From an uncultured Thermoplasmata archaeon (GTDB taxonomy: Archaea; Thermoplasmatota; Thermoplasmata; Lutacidiplasmatales; UBA184), in assembly GCA_963773945.1 (NCBI GenBank), contig CAVZDD010000003.1, positions 370,060-434,059 on the forward strand: DNA of 64,000 bases, written 5' to 3'. The notes beneath the pieces were generated by a model. That model did no database searches and was not told the DNA's origin. It saw only the letters and a list, made by a program, of their open reading frames with translations. Made by a program: the position numbers and the translations under genes. The stretch's first letter is position 1. The number at the start of each line of letters is the position of its first letter. Shown piece by piece: positions 58,962-64,000 of the stretch.

Positions 58962-60057
58962 CGGGGACCCCGAAATCCGGATCGACGCACTCGCGCCGAC
59001 CTTCGAGCTCGCCGCGCAGATCCACGCCCAGCTCACGAAGGGCGAGGTCCCGCGCATGCGGCTTCCGCTTCGGACGAAGCAGAACATCCAGTTCCAGCTC
59101 AAGGAAGGGGTCTGGCGCCTGGGCCGGAGCACCGGCACCCGCTCCGCCCGAAAGCTCGACGGGGCGCTGATGCTCCTGCGGACGTTCTACCTGGTCGATT
59201 TCATCCACGAGATGGCCCGGGACCACAAGACGTCGACCCTGCGGGAGCTGTACTACATCTCCGAGCAATGGAAGGATGCGAAATTTCACAGCGAGGACGA
59301 GTCCAATCTCCTGATCGAGGACCTCGAGGTGCTCTGCACGCGGTTGCGGGAGGACTTCCGCCTCCACCCCGAGGAGAACGGGGCCTCGGTCGTCGGCGAC
59401 CTGACGATCGAGGAGACGAACCGGAAGGGGATCGTGAAGAAGATCAACTGCCGGGACGATGTCGGGGATGGCGGCTACGCCCTCCCGTTTAATGTCGAGA
59501 AGGAGAAGATCCGATTCAAGGCGACGGGCGCGAAGTTCGTGCTCGCGATCGAGTGCGGGGGCATGGTCGACCGTCTCGCGGAGAACGGGTTCGATGAGGA
59601 CCAGGACGCGCTGCTCGTCCACCTGAAGGGGCAACCGGCCCGTTCCACTCGGCGCTTCTTGAAGCGCCTCAACGAGGAACTCAAACTTCCGGTGGTCGTG
59701 TTCACCGACGGCGACCCCTGGTCGTTCCGGATCTTCGCCTCGGTAGCCTACGGCGCGATCAAGACCGCCCACATCTCTCACTACCTCGCGACCCCCGGCG
59801 CCGAATTTCTCGGGGTCACCGCCTCCGACATCGAGAACTACGAGCTGCCGTCGGACACGCTCACCGACCAGGACACGAAGGCGCTCCACGCGATGCAATC
59901 CGACCCCCGATTCGGCACGGCGGATTGGCGGAGCGAGATCGACCTGATGCTGAAGAACGGGAAGAAGGCCGAGCAGCAATCGCTCGCCAAGTACGGGCTC
60001 AACTACGTGACCGAGACCTACCTGCCCGAGAAACTCGCGGAGATGGACGTGATCTAG
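58921..60057 (+). CDS. top6A: DNA topoisomerase VI subunit A (Spo11-like)
   Basis: TLRELYY (catalytic Tyr), KGQP.R.TRRF, DGDP (Toprim) and KAEQQS. Confidence 0.96.
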   Translation: MAPKKPPSSKKTTDGDPEIRIDALAPTFELAAQIHAQLTKGEVPRMRLPLRTKQNIQFQLKEGVWRLGRSTGTRSARKLDGALMLLRTFYLVDFIHEMARDHKTSTLRELYYISEQWKDAKFHSEDESNLLIEDLEVLCTRLREDFRLHPEENGASVVGDLTIEETNRKGIVKKINCRDDVGDGGYALPFNVEKEKIRFKATGAKFVLAIECGGMVDRLAENGFDEDQDALLVHLKGQPARSTRRFLKRLNEELKLPVVVFTDGDPWSFRIFASVAYGAIKTAHISHYLATPGAEFLGVTASDIENYELPSDTLTDQDTKALHAMQSDPRFGTADWRSEIDLMLKNGKKAEQQSLAKYGLNYVTETYLPEKLAEMDVI

Positions 60058-60079
60058 ACGTCGTCTCGTGGAACGAGTC

Positions 60080-60502
60080 TCAACCCGGCGGCACGCCCAG
60101 CGCGGTCCGCCCCTCGTGCGACAGCAGGCGGGGCTCCTCGCCTTTCGGAAGGTACAGACTGTGCTTCCCGGCGAGGGTGAGTCGGTGCCAGTCGATTCCC
60201 TGGTCCCGAAACTCCTCGGGTTCCAGCATCGTGGTGCCGGCGGCCCGGTGCCGCTGCGGGCCGGCCGTGCCTCCGGGGGCGAGCAACATCAGGATGTCGG
60301 CGGCCTCCTCGTAGCGGACCCACTCCCGCGGGACGACCACGCGCATCCGAACGAGCTCGGGCCGCAGCTTCGCCTCGGTCTCGGTCTCGGTCCGGCCGAA
60401 GACGGCGTACTCGATCCCGCCGACCATCACCGTGGAATCGTAGTCGAAGCTCTTGCCGGCGAACTGGAGGACGTTCAGCGACAGGGTCTCGTCGTCGACC
60501 AC
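60080..60502 (-). CDS. Hypothetical protein, about 140 aa
   Basis: Fills the gap between top6A and rpl41e, has protein-like composition and a TTAAG element upstream. Confidence 0.55.
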   Translation of the reverse strand: MVDDETLSLNVLQFAGKSFDYDSTVMVGGIEYAVFGRTETETEAKLRPELVRMRVVVPREWVRYEEAADILMLLAPGGTAGPQRHRAAGTTMLEPEEFRDQGIDWHRLTLAGKHSLYLPKGEEPRLLSHEGRTALGVPPG

Positions 60503-60643
60503 GAACGCCCCACGAGGAGACCGTACTTAATCCGGGGGTGGGCTGCAGGGCGTCCGCTTACGGCAACCTGGGGCGACGCGTTCTCCGAGGGCGAGGTTAT
60601 AAACCGAGGCGAATAACCCGCCTCGTCCTCGAGCGCGAACTGG

Positions 60644-60751
60644 ATGAAACGGAGTTCCCGGGTCTGGAAGAAGCGCGGCCACATGCGCTGGAAGTGGCGG
60701 AAGAAGCGCATGCGCCGCCGGAAGCGCGCGCAGAAGATGCGGAAGGCCTAG
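60644..60751 (+). CDS. rpl41e: Ribosomal protein eL41/eS32, 35 aa (absent from the ORF track)
   Basis: Reads MKRSSRVWKKRGHMRWKWRKKRMRRRKRAQKMRKA, containing the L41e core MRxKWRKKRMRR. A TATA box TTATAAA lies at 60597-60603. Confidence 0.9.
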   Translation: MKRSSRVWKKRGHMRWKWRKKRMRRRKRAQKMRKA

Positions 60752-60797
60752 GGCGGGCGGTAGGTAGGTCCCGTCTTCCCTGCGGAGAGGCGCGACC

Positions 60798-61007
60798 CTA
60801 CCAGTCCAGCCGAGCGAGCGTGCGGGCCTCTTTCGTGCTCTTCTTCCACTGCTTGTAGTGGTCCTTGCAGAGCGGGGCCCGCCGGCCTGCCTCGGAGAGG
60901 TTCGGGAAGGCCTTCCGTACCTCGACCCGGGCGAGGGAACGGACGGACGGGCCGCCGCAACCGGGGATCGCACACGGGGCCGCGGCCCCGTCGGGGGAGG
61001 CGGTCAT
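60798..61007 (-). CDS. Small putative zinc-binding protein, 69 aa
   Basis: C-x4-C...C-x2-H. ATGA overlap with the sucD stop. Confidence 0.7.
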   Translation of the reverse strand: MTASPDGAAAPCAIPGCGGPSVRSLARVEVRKAFPNLSEAGRRAPLCKDHYKQWKKSTKEARTLARLDW

Positions 61008-61888
61008 CGCGAGCCGGTCTCCCGCAATCGCTGGGCCACGAGGGAGGGAACGTCGTAGGGGAAATCGGCGACGGTGGCGCCCGCCGCTTGGAGGGCACTG
61101 ACCTTGCTGGCGGCGGTGCCCCGACCGCGGGCGATAATCGCGCCCGCGTGGCCCATCCGCTTTCCCGGGGGCGCGGACCGACCCGCGATGTAGGCTACCA
61201 CCGGTTTGGTGAAATGGTGCCGGATGAACTCCGCCGCTTCCTCTTCCGCCGTCCCGCCAATCTCACCGACCAGGACGAGCAGGTCGGTGTCCGGATCCTG
61301 TTCGAACAGTGGCAGCGCGTCGAGGAAATTCGTTCCGACGACGGGGTCCCCCCCGAGGCCGATGCAGGTGCTCTGCCCGAGCCCGACCTCCTTGATCCCG
61401 TTCACGATCTCATACGTGAGGGTGCCGCTGCGCGAGATCACCCCCACCCGGCCCGGCCGGAAAACTACGTTGGGAATGATCCCGGCTTTGGCTTTCCCTG
61501 GCGAGGCGATGCCCGGACAATTGGGACCGATGATCCGGGTTCCCCGGAGCCGTCCGTAGTGATACATCGTCAGCATGTCGTGGAACGGAATGTGTTCCGT
61601 AACGATGACGACGAGGGGTATGCCGGCGTCGGCAGCCTCGATGAAGGCGTCCTTCGCGAAGGGAGCGGGGACGAAAATCACGGAGACGTTCGCGCCGGTC
61701 CTCGCGACGGCCGCGGCGACGGAGTCGAAGACGGGAACACCCTCGACTTGCGTTCCGCTCTTTCCGGGGGTCACGCCCGCGACCACCTGGGTACCGAAGA
61801 GTTTCATCTGGACCGTGTGGACCGTGCCCTGGTGTCCCGTGATCCCTTGGACGACCACCCGGGTGTTGGCATCGACCAGAACGCTCAT
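61004..61888 (-). CDS. sucD: Succinyl-CoA synthetase alpha subunit
   Basis: VQGITG, IGPNCPG, SRSGTLTYE, GEIGG and RMGHAGA (phospho-His). Confidence 0.96.
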   Translation of the reverse strand: MSVLVDANTRVVVQGITGHQGTVHTVQMKLFGTQVVAGVTPGKSGTQVEGVPVFDSVAAAVARTGANVSVIFVPAPFAKDAFIEAADAGIPLVVIVTEHIPFHDMLTMYHYGRLRGTRIIGPNCPGIASPGKAKAGIIPNVVFRPGRVGVISRSGTLTYEIVNGIKEVGLGQSTCIGLGGDPVVGTNFLDALPLFEQDPDTDLLVLVGEIGGTAEEEAAEFIRHHFTKPVVAYIAGRSAPPGKRMGHAGAIIARGRGTAASKVSALQAAGATVADFPYDVPSLVAQRLRETGSR

Positions 61889-63036
61889 GCCGGCGATCCT
61901 CCCGAGGTCCGAGGACGCTCGGCGGCGACCACGGCCTGCGCCGATGCTTTCAGGTCCGAGAGCGCCGTGATCCCCGCTTTCTGCAAGATCTCCCGGCCCA
62001 GGTCCTCGTTGTTCCCGCGAATCCGGGCCACGAGGGGGAACCGGTCCGAATCCGGCACCTGGGTCATCGCCGCGACCAGGCCCTTGGCCACCGTGTCGCA
62101 GCGGGTAACGCCCCCGAAGATGTTCAGGAAAACCACGGACGGCCGGGCCTTGGCCATCAGCAGAAAGGCCTCGGTGACCTTGGCCGGATCGTCGGTGCCG
62201 CCCAAATCGAGGAACACGCCCGGCTTTCCGCCGAATTGACCCAGCACATCGAGCGTCGCCATCGTGAGGCCGGCACCGTTCGCGATGACTCCGATATCGC
62301 CATCGAGCTGCACGAAAGCGATCTCCTTCTCCCGGGCGATCTCCTCGAGCGGGGTCCGGTCGTCCCGGATCTCGGCGTACTCGGGGTGCCGGAACCCGGC
62401 GTCGTCTTCGATGATGACCTTCGCGTCGAGCGCCACCAGGTGTCCGTCGACCACGGCCAGGGGATTGATCTCGACGAGCTCGGCGTCCTCCCTCTGGAAC
62501 GCGGTCCAAACGGAGTCGAGTACTCCTCCGAGCTCCTTGGAAGCCTGCGCTGCGAGGCCGAAGACCTCCCCCACTCGACGCTTCTCGTAGGCCGCGAGGC
62601 CGACGAATGGATGGATCGGAACCCGGGCGAGTTGGTCCTCGTTGAGCGACTCGATCTCCACACCCCCTTGACCGCTGGCGATGAGGAGAGGCACCCGAGC
62701 GCTCCGGTCGAGTGCGATGGAGAGGTAGAGCTCGCGCCCGACGGCGACCTTCGGTTCGAGGAGCAGCTCCTTGACGGTCTCGCCCTTGAAGTCCATCCCC
62801 AGCATCCCGGAGACCACCAACCGCAATTCCTCGGGAGTGACCGCGAACTTCACGGCCCCGCCCTTCCCCCGTCCGCCGGCGAGGACCTGGGCTTTGACAA
62901 CCAACGGAAGCGCGACCGCGCCGGACCGGACTGCCTCGTCCACTTCCGCCACGCTTCGAACGACTTGCCCGGTCGGGATCGGAATGCCGTAACGCCGGAA
63001 GATCTCCTTACCGCGCCATTCGGCCAGTTTGACCAC
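61885..63036 (-). CDS. sucC: Succinyl-CoA synthetase beta subunit
   Basis: VVKAQV..GGRGK, EINPL, ALDAK, NGAGL.MAT and NIFGG. Confidence 0.96.
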   Translation of the reverse strand: MVKLAEWRGKEIFRRYGIPIPTGQVVRSVAEVDEAVRSGAVALPLVVKAQVLAGGRGKGGAVKFAVTPEELRLVVSGMLGMDFKGETVKELLLEPKVAVGRELYLSIALDRSARVPLLIASGQGGVEIESLNEDQLARVPIHPFVGLAAYEKRRVGEVFGLAAQASKELGGVLDSVWTAFQREDAELVEINPLAVVDGHLVALDAKVIIEDDAGFRHPEYAEIRDDRTPLEEIAREKEIAFVQLDGDIGVIANGAGLTMATLDVLGQFGGKPGVFLDLGGTDDPAKVTEAFLLMAKARPSVVFLNIFGGVTRCDTVAKGLVAAMTQVPDSDRFPLVARIRGNNEDLGREILQKAGITALSDLKASAQAVVAAERPRTSGGSPA

Positions 63037-63112
63037 GCGACTCCCTCGGGCGCGCCCGAGCCGGGCCCCTTATTTATCCCACCGGGGGTCCGCAACCTCG
63101 GGGGGCCGTCTC

Positions 63113-63754
63113 GTGTCCGACCTGTTCCTCGGGCTGCTGGTCTTTGCCACCCTTTTTGCCATCGTCGACCCCGTGGGCATGTTGCCGTTCTTCGTCTCTC
63201 TGACCCAGGGCTTCAGCCCGGCGGACCGCCTCTATGTGATCCGCCGGTCCTCCATCTTCGCCTCGATCCTGCTCCTCGGGTTCGCGCTCCTCGGCCGCTA
63301 CATCTTCATCCTGCTGAATTTCACGATCTACTCCTTCGAGATCGCCGGCGGACTCCTGCTCTTCGTGATCGCGTTCGACATGCTCTTCGGCGAGTCGCCG
63401 CGGGTGAAGCTCAGTCCGATGGACCGGGAAGAGCTGCTTTCCCGGCGAGAAGAGGTCGGCATCGTGCCGCTCGGGATGCCGCTCCTGGCGGGACCGGGCG
63501 CGATCTCTACGGTCGTGATCTACGCCCAGGCTTCGGAGGGAAGCATCCCGGGAAGCCTCACGCTGTACGTGGCCATCTTGCTCGTGATGACGGTGAGTTA
63601 CATCGTGCTCCGGCTCGGGGTCACGATCCTCGACCGGGTCGGTCGAGTGGGCCTCGTGGCGATCAGCCGGGTGATGGGCCTGCTGCTGGCGGCCATCGCC
63701 GTGCAGTTCGTGATCAATGGCGCCGCGGGCGCGTTCGGCTTCGCGCTACCGTAG
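63113..63754 (+). CDS. marC: MarC family integral membrane protein
   Basis: FAIVDPVG, SFEIAGG, VPLGMPLLAGPGAI and RVMGLLL. Confidence 0.93.
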   Translation: MSDLFLGLLVFATLFAIVDPVGMLPFFVSLTQGFSPADRLYVIRRSSIFASILLLGFALLGRYIFILLNFTIYSFEIAGGLLLFVIAFDMLFGESPRVKLSPMDREELLSRREEVGIVPLGMPLLAGPGAISTVVIYAQASEGSIPGSLTLYVAILLVMTVSYIVLRLGVTILDRVGRVGLVAISRVMGLLLAAIAVQFVINGAAGAFGFALP

Positions 63755-64000
63755 GGGTTTCCGGAGCGGAGCGGAATCCGAGGTCCCGTCCCAGCTCGTC
63801 GAGCAAACGTCCGGCCACCTCCGACTTCGGCCCCCGGATCCAATGGCTCCGGCCGTCCTTCCGCAGGAGGAGCACTTCGGCCTGTGGGGCTCCCATCACG
63901 GCTCGGTCGTTCCCCACCACGGCGTCGAGCCCGACGTCCTCCAACAGACGCTGCGCGTGCTCCCGCAGCTCTTCGGGAGTCTTTCGGCTCACGAGCTTGA
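63714..64000 (-). CDS. coaBC: C-terminal end of CoaBC (phosphopantothenoylcysteine synthase domain), partial
   Basis: KL.......L...A..LL....LDAVVGND...G.K.EVA resembles the CoaB C-terminus. The frame is open to the window end. Confidence 0.65.
   Translation of the reverse strand, partial: KLVSRKTPEELREHAQRLLEDVGLDAVVGNDRAVMGAPQAEVLLLRKDGRSHWIRGPKSEVAGRLLDELGRDLGFRSAPETPTVARSRTRPRRH

Noticed and set aside
60475..60711. Minus-strand 78-aa Phe/Arg-rich ORF
   Set aside because: It is the antisense shadow of rpl41e and its promoter.

Overview
This is a 64 kb, GC-rich, densely coding core-genome segment from an archaeon. The archaeal markers are Topo VI A/B, FEN1, PriS, RIO1 with a KH (Dim2-like) protein, Trm5, ApgM, a PAC2 proteasome chaperone, eL41/eS32, geranylgeranyl reductases and a class III signal-peptide pilin. 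A high-GC Thermoplasmata lineage is my inference from gene content only. Main blocks in order: (1) a BlaI-like repressor/M56 peptidase/surface-protein unit; (2) a CBS-CGL-CysRS reverse-transsulfuration operon with ahcY and gcvH nearby; (3) large surface proteins; (4) an extended CdrS-like RHH gene followed by an FtsZ paralogue that has only the GTP-binding domain; (5) fen-FTCD-ribD-FAH; (6) rio1-KH-priS; (7) nfeD-stomatin; (8) an uncharacterised GT2/nucleotidyltransferase/methyltransferase cluster; (9) an 11-subunit complex I-like operon with no NuoEFG and a four-cluster NuoI, followed by a prenyl reductase and a long-chain prenyl synthase; (10) top6BA, rpl41e, sucCD, marC and a partial coaBC. 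At least six genes, including the essential priS, carry single-base frameshifts, several at homopolymers. These are most likely assembly errors. I found no tRNA, rRNA, CRISPR array or mobile element. The best candidates for new biology are the CdrS-like plus truncated FtsZ pair and the GT2-NTase-MTase module. All family assignments come from recognising motifs by eye, not from database searches.
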